A stretch of DNA of 64,000 bases from Octopus sinensis (GCF_006345805.1 NC_043001.1:96534001-96598000), one strand, 5' to 3'. Shown: positions 39,468 through 53,060, counted from the stretch's first letter. Made by a program: numbers and translations. Notes: generated by a model not told the origin, from the sequence alone.

Positions 39468-39813
39468 ATTTATTCATCATCACACGTGATAAGTTGTTAA
39501 TAGGAGTTGCCAACTTGTATATGAAGGAGAGACATAAGTGTTATCTTCTATTAGCAAATGTAACACGTGTAATGGTGACTAAATAATATCAAAAAGTTCT
39601 TTATCTTCTGTTTCAAGATATACCTACTTACCTACCTACGCACTCACGCATACACTCATACACACACACTCATCCTTATATATATGTATATCTGTTTTTC
39701 TCTATACATATATATATATGCATATATATATGTATATATATATATATATTCATACACATATATATATACAAATATACATACATATATATACAAATATACA
39801 TACATATATACAA

Positions 39814-39848
<35 letters not shown>

Positions 39849-40382
39849 CAAATATATATACATACATATATACAAATATACATACATATATATACAAATA
39901 TACATACATATATATATATATGCGTGTATATATATATATATATATATATATACATACACACACGAACATACATACGACTTCCACATATAGTTCATAATTT
40001 AATTGTGCTCAACGGCTGTCTCATTAACAATAAACATCATTATTTCTATAATTATGTAGCTTAGATACATGATTAATTAATTAAAATTAATTTCAAAACA
40101 ATTTTTACCCAAATTATCATAATTATTATGACAATACATACATATACATAAATATACAAAGCATACATTCATACACATACAGACACACGTGTGTGAGTGT
40201 GTGTATGTGTGTGTGTGTGACATTGCTAGCGCTACGATACACTGGAAACTATGTCTATATTGTTCAATATCTAATAGAGTAGATACTATGCGTTCGGGCT
40301 AAATTTGATAGCTCACATAAATGGAAAGCAAAGCACAATATGCCATCCAAAAATATAAGAAATATGAACTAGGTTCATATTT

Positions 40383-40812
40383 AGGTGCAGGAGTGGCTGT
40401 GTGGTTAGTAGCTTGTTTACCAACCACATGGTTGCGGGTTCAGTCCCACTGCGTGGCACCTTAGGCAAGTGTCTTCTACTATAGCCTTGGGCCGACCAAA
40501 GCCTTGTGAGTGGATTTGGTAGACGGAAACTGAAAGAAGCCCGTCGTATATATGTATATATATATATATAACATATATATATATGTGTGTGTGCGTGTAT
40601 GTTTGTGTGTCTGTGTTTGTCCCCTTAGCATTGCTTGACAACCGATGCTGGTGTGTTTATGTCCCCGTAACTTAGCGGTTCGGCAAAAGAGACCGATAGA
40701 ATAAGTACTAGGCTTACAAAGAATAAGTCCCGGGGTCGAGTTGCTCGATCAAAGGCGGTGCTTCAGCATGGCCGCAATCAAATGACTGAAACAAGTAAAA
40801 GAGTAAAGAGTA
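40383..40812 (+). mobile_element. SINE family A, best-preserved full-length copy
   Basis: tRNA-like A/B boxes, CCTTAGGCAAGTGTCTT core-like segment, internal microsatellite, 3' tail. Confidence 0.92.
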
Positions 40813-40829
40813 AGGAGTAGGTTATGGTT

Positions 40830-42810
40830 GGTGTGCAACAGTTTACTCAAAGTAGCCACCCTTAGCTTCTACCACGGCCTCAAGACGGCACCGGTACGTA
40901 GCTCATGTGTCTCTTACTGTGTTCCTGTGAAAATCTTGGAACATTGTCTTGACATTGGCAGATTCTCACCGATTATCGCATAATGCTTCCCATCGATTAT
41001 CAAAATGACGATATCATCACTGCTGCTTAGTGCTTTATAAACACTCTTTATAAAGAGCATGGGACATGACATGGACAGTTGCAACGGAGACTACGAAGTC
41101 GTGGCCAGCAGGCAAGGACACGGAAAGCGTTCTGATCGCTTCTGTAGTCAGAGGTTTTGGTGTCTTTCATAACTGTGCCCCACATTTAGTAATCCATGGA
41201 ATTAAAATAGGGGTAAACATGCAGCCAGAAACGAGGGCTGGTGAAGTTGCTGAAATTCTTCGATAAACACTTATGACTGTTTTCGGAAGTATGGCAAGAA
41301 ACAGAATCCTGCTGTCACTCATTTAGCCTTCCAGCAGCAATTCTCTCCGGCCAGGATCTGACCATAATCTCCACCAGCTTCACAGAACTGTCTGAATTAA
41401 GCTTAACCCTTTCGTTACCAAACCGCCCAAAGCCGCCCGAAAAAAATTTTGGTTAATGTGACCAAACCGCCCAAAGCCGCCCGAATTTACCTATTCATAT
41501 TTAAATGAGAACATCAGAGCAAATCTCTTTAGTACATTCGTGAAAACACGTATTATACTTCGTAAACAGTTCAACTACAGTTTTGTACAATAATCGAAGT
41601 GTAATTTTAATTCCGTGAATTTTGAGAGATTTTTTTCCGAAATTTGTTCCTATTGTGTTTTCAAAATTTGTAATTCTGACAAAAAATGGATACGAATTTC
41701 ATTATATCAAGCAGCGAGTCAGAATTCGAAGGATTTTCTACTGAAGACCTTCATAAATCTAACTCTATGACTGAAAAAAAAAGCACATGGTATTTGATAA
41801 TGAATCTGATGTTTCATTTTCCGAAAGTGAAAACAGTGAATTCGAGAGCTCCGACAGCGATAAAGAAAACGAATTGGCACCTGAATGGAGTGAAAATTTA
41901 AAAACTATTTCTTTCGGTAATTTTTCTGAAGAAACTGGACCAAGCCACAGACTTTCCCAGAGGAGTAAAGCCTTAGACTATTTCTTTTTACTTTTTCGAA
42001 TGAGCCTATTTGAAATCATTACGGCGAAAACGAACCGTTACGCTAAACGTAAACAAAGCGAAAGAAACGACAGTTTGTGGTTTCCCATAACCTTAAATGA
42101 AATTAAGACTATTTTGCCGTAAATATTATTATGGGTATCAGAAAGTTACCCAGAATAACAAATTCTATCGTAAAATTTTGTTGTATACCCAATTGAATAT
42201 TAGCTAATAACCCATTTTCTATAGCGATGTTTGAACAAAATTTTAATTTTATATTTTGTTGAATTTACCTGTATCTACCTGCAATTAGAGTCACTTTGTG
42301 ACAAAAATTATAGTATAGAATTGGTTGAAAATATTTCATTAAATTATCTTCCAAAAATCAGATTAATATATTGATAAATAAAAAAGTTATAGTTGTTTAA
42401 TGAAACCAGACTAAATTTATGATTATGTTAGAAATTAATTGAAACACATAAGGGGTGTATTTTGGTCAGAAATATAGTAACGAAAGGGTTAAGGCCCTGT
42501 TCATCAGTTGTTGGATGTACACCGACGTGTGCACGCAGTCAGAACGCTTTCCGTGTCCCTTCCTGATTTTTAATATTTACAGAGCATTCAGCAGCGGTCA
42601 TGATATCGGCATTTTGGCAAACAATGCGAATCATTATTGTACAGGTAACTTCAGATGATTTATGGTGCTCCATGTCAGCTAACTTCTTCTCAACTACTAT
42701 AACTCCAGTCTCTATGTCCTCCAACGACTTTGACTATTTACCAACCTATCAAACAGTTTCTAAAAAGAGGAGACAAAATATCTTTAAATTTTGCCCGAGC
42801 ACTTTGTAAT
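40830..42810 (-). mobile_element. Decayed Tc1-like transposon interrupted by piggyBac
   Basis: Minus-strand fragments QQDSVSCHTS and RLEAVVEAKGGYFE* are typical of the Tc1 DDE C-terminus. N-terminal fragment at 42540-42680; terminus TACAAAGTGCTCGGGCAAAA at ~42810. Confidence 0.7.
41407..42488 (+). mobile_element. Internally deleted piggyBac transposon
   Basis: TTAA TSDs (41403-41406, 42489-42492), perfect 12-bp TIR CCCTTTCGTTAC/GTAACGAAAGGG, subterminal direct repeat ACCAAACCGCCCAAAGCCGCCCGAA. Acidic N-terminus and ALDYFFLLF...TNRYA...WFPITLNEIK/IIMGIRKLP. Confidence 0.95.
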
Positions 42811-44896
42811 ACACATATTTCGAAACGTCTCTCAGAATAACTAAATAACCACCATAATGGATTTGTATATTCATGTAGACAGGGATGTTCGGGGAATTCA
42901 TCTATATAATATTATCCAAGACAATCGAAAAGCGAAGTTTCCTCAATGCTGATTCAATTCCAATAGAAGCTAAAAGATATTGTTAAGCATTGCCTGGCAT
43001 GCTGAAGATTCTGTTGGCATGCTAGTAATACGTGGGCTATGAAAGTGCCTTTCTGCGTCTAACCATTTGTTGGTGATTCCTTATTATTTCTGGCGGATGA
43101 CACCTTTGCACCATTCAGGCAACAACCCTCTAACTCATGGTTCTGTTTGGGTAGTCGTTCCTGGTGAGGGTTTTACGAGGGTTTTACTGCAAATCCTACA
43201 TCAACCTATATTGGTTACCTTTTACGACACTCTGAGGAAATGTTGGGTTCATTCTTTGACATGCATGCTCCCCTCTAGAATATAGTAAATGGCTCTGAAT
43301 TTTATGGTGGAAGACGTAGTTGACCTTGGTATGATTTGAACTAAAAAACAGTGAGCTGGAATTAATGTCGTTAAACATTTTGTCCGGCGAGTTAACGATT
43401 TTGTTAGCTGCCTTTATTATTGTTATTAATCTTTCCTTCTATAGGCACAAAGCCTCTTCTTTAATCACAAGGTCTGAAATTTTGGGGAAAGGCGTAGATC
43501 AATTACATCGACTCCAGTGTTACCGAAAGGGTGAAAGGCAAAGTCGAGACCGGCGGAATTTGAACTCAGAACATAAAGACTGACAAAAATAACACTGAGA
43601 ATTTGGTTCAGCGGGATGAGAATTTTGCCAGCTGAACGCCCTTCTATTATTATTAATAATACAATTAGTTTTAGATTAGCCGTAATGAATTCATACTATG
43701 AGTTTTGGATAATACCAGCTTCTGAAATTTCAAAAATTAATAGCGAACAGGAAAAATTCCAGCTTCTTGAACATCTATCATTTGTTCCACAAATCCAAGT
43801 GCCATTCAATATTCTAAACAATATCTTTGGTTTTGTTGGTAGATCTCCTATGACAATACAGCAACATTAATTCACAATTCCCTGAATTGTCAATCTTCAT
43901 TGGCTAAATACAGATATTTTCCAATCTTTTCTGTTTCCCTAACTTTGACTTTACTATGTGATACAGCAAAATCTATTCCTCTATTATATGGTCAGTGTGC
44001 AATGAGAAATCTCATATGATCTTATCACAAATCGTTTTCAATATCAGCTTCCGTTTGGTGTTGATATATCTTTTTTCATCTTCTTTGAAGCAATATTTCA
44101 TACTAACCGTCAATTGTATCTTTTTGTATTCGTTTTCCCTATATTCATGTCATAAAAGTTTATAGGAAAGAATATATTGAAGTAGTTTTAGTTGACTTTG
44201 TCAATGCAGTCTTTTAAAAAAAAATTATTTTTGCTTAATACATTTTTTTAAGGGTAAGTTGTGATGACAAGCGCGTTGCACAGAGGGAATTGTAACAAGA
44301 TGACAAAACTAATAAAACTAATACATTCTTTGGTATAAGATATTATTTAAAAATAAAGTCCATGTCACCAAGAACAAGAGAAACAGCAGAAAATAGATAG
44401 TGAATAAAGCATCAGAGCAGGGATCAAGGTGTTTGTTAGTTGCATCCTGTCAGCAGTTCTACGCTGTGTTCGTGGTTAATTTTATGTTGCTATTTGTGAT
44501 TATCTGGATCAGTTGACACAGGCCAATGACAAGTACAATTAGCGAAAGGCACTCACAGTTATATATACGCACATACATACACAAGCACACAGATGTAGCG
44601 GATTTCTGCTGAATACTCGTCTACCAAATTCCACTGCGAATATACTGGTAAAACCGTGGCTATAGTAGAAGTCATTGGCGCAATTTGCTATAAAGTGTGA
44701 TTGAACCTGCAATAATTTGACGGCTAATCGAACTTCTTAACCTCACAGTAATGCTTGAGCTCATAAATTTATATTAATCTATTTTACCCAGTTACGAATA
44801 CGTACTACAATATGAAGTTGACAAATGCTGTAAGAAGCGGCAGTGTTGTATTGTCTTGAAAATGCACAGATATGCTCAAATATTATACATACAACG

Positions 44897-45115
44897 AAGG
44901 CGGCGAGCTGGTAGAATCGTTAGCACACCGAGTAAAAATGCCTAGCGGCATTTCGTCTGTCTTTATCTTTATATTCTGAGTTCAAATTCCATCGAGGTGG
45001 ACTTTGCCGTTCATACTTTTGGAGTCGATAGATTAAGTACCAGCTGAGCACTAGGGTCGATATAATCTACTTACTCACTCTCCTGAATTTACTGGTCTTG
45101 CGCCAAAATTTGAAA
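44897..45115 (+). mobile_element. SINE family B
   Basis: AAGGCGGCGAGCTGGTAGAATCGTTAGC head and Meta-like domain. Confidence 0.85.
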
Positions 45116-45891
45116 ACTAATATTATAGATGCAATACATGATGAAAAGTTCATACAAAAAAGGGTTAACAATTAAAATGTTACTTCCTCTATAATATATC
45201 GGCCTTCCTCTATTCTCTAAAGAAAAATCAATAAAAAATATGAAGTAGCTACTGAAGACATCTTATTTTATAAATTACGAACTATTCAAGACAGAGATGG
45301 ATGACATGTCATAAGAACAGTGACGCCTAATTATGACTAGCAGAAAATAATGAAAAGTAAGGAACAAATATATATTCTGATATGTGCGAAGGAGCCGCAA
45401 CATATTAATAGTTAAACATGTCAAGAGGTTAGCTAACTTGAGAAGCGACATAATGAGAGAAAAGCAAGATATCAGAGTTTAAACAACACATTATATGAAG
45501 TCAGCTTTGCTATCTTCATTATCTGCCCGGTAAATCTTTATTTGAACTCGATCATTTTGTCCTTGTTTCAATACAAAATATGATTGTATTGATTGTTGTT
45601 TTTTAGTCCCAAATCAACTCACATCGGGTAAACTCTTCATGGCATGCGTATTTCGATGTATAAAATTTGACGTTCTGTATAGTGCAAACACCTTAGTGCA
45701 AACAATCAAATATCCTAACCCTGCAATATTCCGCAAGGAATTTTCATTCCTCCAAAATTGTCTTGATATATGTTGACCTAACATTTTGGTCTGAAAACTT
45801 CGACGTGTACGCCGGAAAATAAGGTATATTGGGGAATATTGTATCTACAGATTCTATTGTTTCATAATTTTAAAGATGGTATGTAGTTATT

Positions 45892-46308
45892 TAAGGTGAC
45901 GAGCTGGCAGAAACGTTAGCACGCCGGCCGAAATGCTTAGTGGTATTTCGTCTGCCGCTACGTTCTGAGTTCAAGTTCCGCCGAGGTCGACTTTGCCTTT
46001 CATCCTTTCGGGGTCGATAAATTAAGTACCAGTTGCGCACTGGGGTCGATATAATCGATTTAATCCGTTTGTCTGTCCTTGTTTGTCCTCTCTGTGTTTA
46101 GCCCCTTGTGGGTAGTAAAGAAATAAGTATTTCGTCTGCCGCTACATTCTGAGTTCAAATTCTGCCGAGGTCGACTTTGCCTTTCATCCTTTCGGGGTCT
46201 ATTAAATAAGTACCAGTTACGCACTGGGATGTAATCGACTTAATCCGTTTGTCTGTCCTTGTTTGTCCCCTCTATGTTTAGCACCTTGTGGGCAATAAAG
46301 AAATAGGT
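45892..46308 (+). mobile_element. SINE family B with tandemly repeated body
   Basis: Head followed by two body units starting TATTTCGTCTGCC. Confidence 0.9.
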
Positions 46309-46752
46309 ATGTAGTGATTTGAATTAGATTTCTCTGCAATTTCGCGGAGGCCAATTGGTCATGTGAAAGCTTCGTCGTTGACTCAAAGCTCAAAGGTTTC
46401 TCAACCATCTTGATTTCTTCAATGGCTTTCGAAACATCGATGATTTAGTTTCCCGTATCTGCTAAGGTGAGTTACTTCTTTAGCTTGAACTCCTTCGTTG
46501 GCATTTCATTTCAGAACGTAAAAGGAAATATGCTAAATACTGTCTACTTCCTTCTATCGACTGGCTGCATCAGTAATATCGATTTATGAATTTGCCACAA
46601 TGCAACAAGTTGTAACGCAGATGTAAAATCGATTGAATCGCGGCAAACTTGCTACTCCTATTTCTTTTATTTCTCAAACTTGGAGGGTTGAACACAATGA
46701 TACACAAAAGGGTTATAACTTGATGTCGTAAGGCTGTTGCAACAAGGACGGC

Positions 46753-46777
46753 AACTACAACAACAACAACAACAACA

Positions 46778-46810
<33 letters not shown>

Positions 46811-46817
46811 GCTGCTG

Positions 46818-46882
<65 letters not shown>

Positions 46883-46913
46883 ACTCCTACTACTACTACT
46901 ACTAATAATAATA
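46753..46913. repeat. (CAA)n(CTA)n(CTG)n microsatellite
   Basis: Direct inspection. Confidence 0.9.
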
Positions 46914-47085
46914 AAGTATAAAGAATTGAGATAACTGCTCCAGAAGATATAGAGTCAAAATTAAAAGAAGAGTGCCATTGTCATGAAGTAGATTGACAAA
47001 ATTATTTTTGAACCTGTTGAAGACACACAAGATGTCGAAATATCGTCCACGAGATGACAATGGCACTCTTCTTTTAATTTTGACT

Positions 47086-47118
<33 letters not shown>

Positions 47119-47142
47119 TAATAATAATAATAATAATAATAA

Positions 47143-47546
47143 TCTTTTCTACTCCAGGCACAAGGCCTGAAATTTTGGGAGAGGGGCCAGTCGATTAGAT
47201 CGACCCCAGTATGCAACTGGTACTTAATTTATCAACCTCGAAAGGATGAAAGGCAAAGTCGACCTCGGCGGAATTTGAATTCAGAACGTAAAGACAGACG
47301 AAATACCTATTTCTATTTCTTTATTACCCACAAGGGGCTAAACATAGGGGAGACAAACATGGACAGACATAGGTATTAAGTCGATTATATCGACCCCAGT
47401 GCTTAACTGGTACTTAATTTATCGACCCCGAAAGGATGAAAGGCAAAGTCGACCTCGGCGGAATTTGAACTCACAACGTAACGGCAGCCGAAATACCGCT
47501 AAGCATTTCGCCCGACGTGCTAACGATTCTGCTAGCTCGCCGCCTT
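47143..47546 (-). mobile_element. SINE family B dimer
   Basis: Head at 47546 and two body units with different tails. Confidence 0.9.
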
Positions 47547-47609
47547 CCTCTGGTGTCTTGCGGAAATTTCGAACCTGGGTTCTCATTCCTAAGGTAATTT
47601 TCGATGTTG

Positions 47610-47652
<43 letters not shown>

Positions 47653-47776
47653 GGTCACCGCCTGGAATCGAACTTGGAATCTTGGGGCTAGTAGCCCGCA
47701 TTCTTAACTACTATGCCCACGGTTATATGGCGTCGTGGTTAAGAGCGCGGGCTACTAACCGCATGATTCCGAGTTC
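47547..47776. mobile_element. Family E 5' part (minus, 47547-47718) with an inverted copy of its tRNA-like head (plus, 47721-47776)
   Basis: Homology to 55780-55962; the heads are arranged back to back around CCCACGG. Confidence 0.8.
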
Positions 47777-50018
47777 TACAACTACTACTACTACTACTAC
47801 TACTAGTAGTAGTAGTACTAGTTAAGTCTCCAGGAGAGTAATTTTGGGGAGAGGTGTTTAGTCAATACCAATGGCTGCAGTACTCGACTATTTTTATCAT
47901 TTTAGCGACACTAGGTGGGTGGGGGTATTAACTGTAAAGCTTATCTCGGCGGGATTTGATTTCAGAAGGTGGAAGAATGGAACAAATAACACAAGGTATT
48001 TTTCCCAAGCCGTAATAATTTTTGCATAAGCGCAAGGCCTGAAATTTTTGTGGCGGCGAGGTTCGTCAGTTACATTAAGGAAACCTGTGCTGTCGTCCGA
48101 TTTTGATGCTTTACCGATATGTATTGCATTGAACGGATGCAGTTGTGCGTAGGACGATTCAGGCCTTCAACCAAATCTCTAGATAAATTCGACGCGCAGC
48201 TTTTCTGTAGCAAAGGAAGGATGGCAAATCTTCAAAGATGTAATGAAATTTCAACAAAAAATACTGGCACACAAATAACTTCGTAATGTTATCCGCTGCA
48301 GAGATTGACAAAAGAAACATGATTTGTGTTTTATTTTACGACAAAGTTTCTTTTCATCTTTCAAGTCACCGACATAATATATATGTCCACAAATAAAAGT
48401 CTGGAAATGTACACAATAGTATATTTCACACATAGTAAACAAAACTGAAAACAGAATAACATTTTAAATGCAACACAGAATTTGATGCGCTAAAAGACAA
48501 ATATATACGTTTTAATTATAACGAATTAGATCGAGTTGAAATGTATTCAATGATAGTAACAAATGTAGTTTGCAGGCAAGTTTTACTTCTGGTGTAAACT
48601 TTCAAGCCAACGCCTCTCGATGTGAGGCATTTTGCTGAAAGCCCGAAAACTTGAATATATTTTATCTACTGAATTGATGCCAGCTTTTCACAATCAGACA
48701 TAAAGAATCGTGAAAGAAGTAATGTAATATATTTAGGACTTGCCAAGTAATCAGAAGTTATTTTTGTTGCCTTTAAGCTAGAGTTATCGACAGCCTCGGC
48801 AGATATTTCAAATGAAATAGCCTGTAGTGGGATAGAGAGGACATATGCTACTATGTGTGCCACCATTAAAACTTAGGATGGGGTGAATGCACGAATCTAA
48901 ATAGTATGAGACACATCTTCCTATAAGCTGGTTCCTCAGTATTTTGGCAGGAGAAACACAAAGAACGCCGCATTGTTTAAATATCACCGTCTGGCTAACA
49001 GTCAACCATCGTGGGGCAGTATGGGCACCTGGTCAGTACTGATGTAACATTTAGCAATATGTTGTCGGCTAGGATCTTCAAGGAGAAATAACTGCTAATG
49101 GTTTCTCAAAACAAAACCAGAATTATATAGTGTAGTGGATGCTCAGAAGAGAAGCTTAGATGGAAAACCCATTAAAAAACATTATTCACACCAACTCCAA
49201 AAGAGACACCACGTTCAGTTCTTGATTCGGCAAATAAAAATGCCTCCCTTGATTACCAGAGGGGAAATAGTAAACTCCTAAACTCCATCTCCCAATCACA
49301 ACCGGCGAAAATACGGTGAATTTACCACAACAACAGCTGGCAGTAAACGTTCAGGAAGTCCAGTGTATGGAGACCAGACTGAGGTCGGTGGGAGTTAGAA
49401 CGCATCCTAATATTAAAAATGAAAAAAGAAAAAAAAAACGAAAAGACCCAACAGAAAAACAAAAAGAAACTATAAAAAATTGAGATGGTGTACATTAGCG
49501 AAGAGGCGAGGTTTCTCCCCACACAAGAACAGCTCATATCTCATGAAAGAGACCCAATGTCCAATGATATGGAACCAACTCCTTCTAACAAAGAGATAAA
49601 AATTCATAGCCATTGGCAAGAATATTGAAAAAAAAAGGCTCTAATAAGAGTCTTATACAATGTACACAAGAAATATCCAGACGGAGTAGGAAATGAGAAG
49701 GAATTGGGACCACATTTTATGCAGCATAAAACGAAAAAAATGCTATTACAAACATCGGATAGACTTTACTAAGTTTTATATTTTAACGTTCCAGAAAACG
49801 TGGACCCTCTGTTGCTCACTATGACTCAAAGTTCGTCTCTGAACATCTTGGAATTTCGTAACATGAAAGATACAAAAAGGAAGTATAGTGGAAGTTTAAT
49901 AAAAAAACATAGGGTAACCTTATCAAATCGAGTGGATGCTTAATTTCTATATAACTATCTTGTTTTACATATAGTCTATTTTATCATATACTTATTTCTG
50001 TGTACATTTTTTGTTACA

Positions 50019-50415
50019 TCTTTATATATATATAAGTGAAGTTGTGTGTCTGTCTCCTACGATTTAGATTCCTAACTACTCCCACATTTTGCGGTGCAGT
50101 GTAACAAAAAGCGGGTATCTTATAGCCGTGATTCATATCGAGCCCTTCTGGGTATTAGCGCGCGTCTACGATGAGTCTACGATTAAAAAAAAAATTACCA
50201 TCATTTTTTCCCATTTTTAATGTATTGTTTTTGCTATTATATAAGGTAAGTAACTCTCTAAAAATGTATTATCAAATCTCAGAACGTAAAAAGCTACAGT
50301 AACACCCCGCTTTGTGGTTAGCCATATTGAGATGGCTATTATACTTTACATCTCTAAAAATGCTTATATAGTTATTTCTCTTACAAACCCGAGCAACCCC
50401 GGGCGATACTGCTAG
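50019..50415 (+). mobile_element. Non-autonomous Helitron
   Basis: A|TCTTTATATATATAAG start, hairpin CCCGAGCAACCCCGGG, CTAG|T end. Confidence 0.85.
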
Positions 50416-51380
50416 TGAATTATATAATAATAATATGTAACAGTTTTCGTCCTTTATCTATGAATTCTCCATCACATCCCACATATCGCCCAGTTTAAGA
50501 GATAGGAAGCAAATGATTTTTAACAATGAAACTCGAAGTAGATAAAGATATAAATACTAGGGTGTAGCATATTGGATTAAAACCCTGTCTCTCTCGAAGT
50601 TCCAAAATTCTTAAAATGTAAACAAATTACAATATTTGCGTGGAAGAAGCAAAATTTCTAAATAGGAGAGAATGTTAGATGTGTTTCTTTGTCGTAATTG
50701 TTAGAGCCTCTAATTACCATAGCTAATATAGGTTCGAGTTACACGTGTATCCTTGACATTTTACTATTTTTCTACTCTTCAGTATTTTTCTTTAATCCAA
50801 TGGTTTACATGACATCATATAGGCGGTGAGCTGGCAGAATCGTTAACACGTCGGGAAAAATGCCTAGCAACATTTCATCCATCTTTACGTTCTGAGATCA
50901 AGTTCGGCGTGGATTTCTTTCAACTTCAAATTCGGCGTACATTTCCTTCACCTTCAAATTCAGCCTGGATTTCCTTCAGCTTCTAATTCTAGAGTATTTT
51001 TTGAAAAACAGAAACGTTATTTCCCACGTCGTCTTTTCGTATATTAATTCCTCAGGCAAGGTGCTTCAACATTTCAAAAACATTTCATCCGCTCCTTTTC
51101 TTCTCAAGTCCACTTGCTCCTTTTTCCTCACGGCATTTACGAGATATGAAATATTACTGATGTTGCCATTGCTTTTCGTAATGATTTTTTCTCGTTCAAA
51201 TTAATATTTCCAAAATTATTCTCCTTTGTGTCTTCTACCATACGAATATAACTGTTTAAGTTTGGGGCTATGCCTCTGTTCGTTATTTTTATCAGCTTTT
51301 CAGAAAATAGAATTTTAATTCTATTTTCTGAATGAAAATAACTTGGAGACTACTGTTACTACTGCAGCCATTTTCTGTAG

Positions 51381-51600
51381 AAATTTTTAAGAGAAAACCT
51401 TGTGGGTCGATAAAAGAAGAAGGCAAGAAGCTATTCTTTCATATGACAGAAGTCCACGTCAGTATTGATCTGCAACCCGGTGATGAAGTTGAACTTGTAG
51501 TTGTGCATGACCACAGAAATGCTAAATTTTTATCTTGTAGTTTGTGTAAAATTACTGATATTTGACTCCCAGATCGTGTTTTAAATCGACTAAAGGATTT
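51381..51600 (+). pseudogene. CSDE1: CSDE1/Unr fragment (last cold-shock domain and start of the C-terminal tail)
   Basis: EEGKKLFFHMTEVHVSIDLQPGDEVELVVVHDHRNAKFLSCSLCKITDI*LPDRVLNRLK parallels CSDE1 KKLFFHVKEV..GIELQAGDEVEF...KCSACNV...RPDRLVNRLK (recalled, not searched). In-frame stop at 51563-51565; the FGF motif appears deleted. Confidence 0.75.
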
Positions 51601-51891
51601 TTAACTGAAGACCGGCGTGCTTAAAGATTATAAAGCCAGAATTAAATTGAAAGAAAAATGCCTGGGAGTTGACATGAAAAAATGAACACGGCAAAGGATT
51701 GTTCTTATTGATACTTCTTTGGAGTTCATCTTGTAATGCGTATAAAAGTAGCAAATTCGCAAATAGCTATTTGTCAAAAATATGTAAACGTTTTCAATAG
51801 CTAAAGACAAATGTGTTTCGGACTCAAGGCCATATCTGCGCGTGTCTTAGTTTGCTCTTGCATGTATTTGCTTGTGTAAATGCTATTTCGA

Positions 51892-52300
51892 TTAGGAGGG
51901 TTTTTCGTCGTAAATTTCATTTTCTGTAGTAAATTTTGGTTTTTCTCTCTCTATTGAAACTGTTGATCTTGTTGATGTACGTTTAGTTGTAGCAATGATT
52001 GAGATATTAGTAGCAGGAAGAGTTGGTATCAATTTACTTTTTTCTCTTGTGGTGCAAATATCTTTAAAGTTGTCTCCTCCTGCACGTATAGCATTTATAT
52101 TATACACTCTTTTCCTCATCGATGCAGAAACATCTTCAACACCTGGAATTCTAGGTTCGGTTTTGCACTGAGGTGGCTCAAGCCATATGACTTCTCCGTG
52201 TTTTTTCACCATTGCCACCACTTCTTCTGGTCTTTTGTGTGACGTCACACCAACTATTTTTAATTTTGTAATACGTCATCTCATATTGAGTAGTATTAGT
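51892..52300 (-). mobile_element. Possible decayed L1/Tx1-type ORF1 fragment
   Basis: KIKIVGVTSHKRPEEVVAMVKKHGEVIWLE resembles the RRM-like region of LINE ORF1 proteins; the knuckle is degenerate. Confidence 0.35.
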
Positions 52301-52599
52301 GCGATTGCTTGTGAGCTACTTGTTGCCCATTGCTCACTGTGTTATATTGCGACTTCTGTATTCTGCTGTACATCTTTAGCTCCTTTTGTTTCCGAATCTC
52401 AGATTTCTTTTGATATGAAGTGATATAAAGCTGTCTGATAGTTTATCATTTTATCGATATGAAATCGTTCTACTTTTGGTGGCACTCACATCCTTCGACG
52501 ACATTTTTGCACCATATAAAATATATAGTTTTCTATTATGTAGTCTGTACCCCCAAGGAAACGCTCAAATCCCAAGCATTTTATCTAGCTCGTCTGTTC

Positions 52600-53060
52600 A
52601 GAGCCCAAAGACGCAGACAGACGACATGGACTTACCTTTCAAGGTGCTGATCTGCAAGCTCACCGATTTGTCTTGATTAGGATTTGTTCAGGGCGTCACC
52701 TTATATTTCCTTAGGATGATGATGACAACCTCGATTTTTGTGATAATTGACAATATTTCGATAATAACGCCTGCATATGTTGACACATTTCAAGCAGGGT
52801 GACCCTCAGTACTCGAAGTATCCCCAGAAAAGGTTTTAGAGTTTAAAAATACAGAAGAGATTACAGAAACCATTAATGCAGGACAGAGCAAGTGACACTA
52901 AACCGTTTCAATCGATAGCCATTTCACCTGACCATCGACACAGATGCCTCCAATATTGCAACGATTCTTTCTCTGCAGAGAGGAGCGAAATCAGAAGCCC
53001 TTTCGGTAACGTTCACGAAACGGAAACGCCAATATATCGAAAGCGTTCAATTGATCCCGA
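52600..53060 (+). mobile_element. Possible highly decayed Ty3/Gypsy pol (RT/RNase H) remnant
   Basis: FHLTIDTDASNIATILSLQ at ~52920-52980 resembles the RNase H FxLxTDAS motif; many disablements. Confidence 0.4.

Noticed and set aside
46329-46473. Exon candidate ending in a perfect AAG|GTGAGT donor
   Set aside because: All three plus-strand frames contain stops; the minus strand looks like a decayed LINE RT fragment.
48850-49700. Possible decayed LINE ORF1 (also 1-550 as a LINE 3' end)
   Set aside because: Too degenerate to support with a specific motif.
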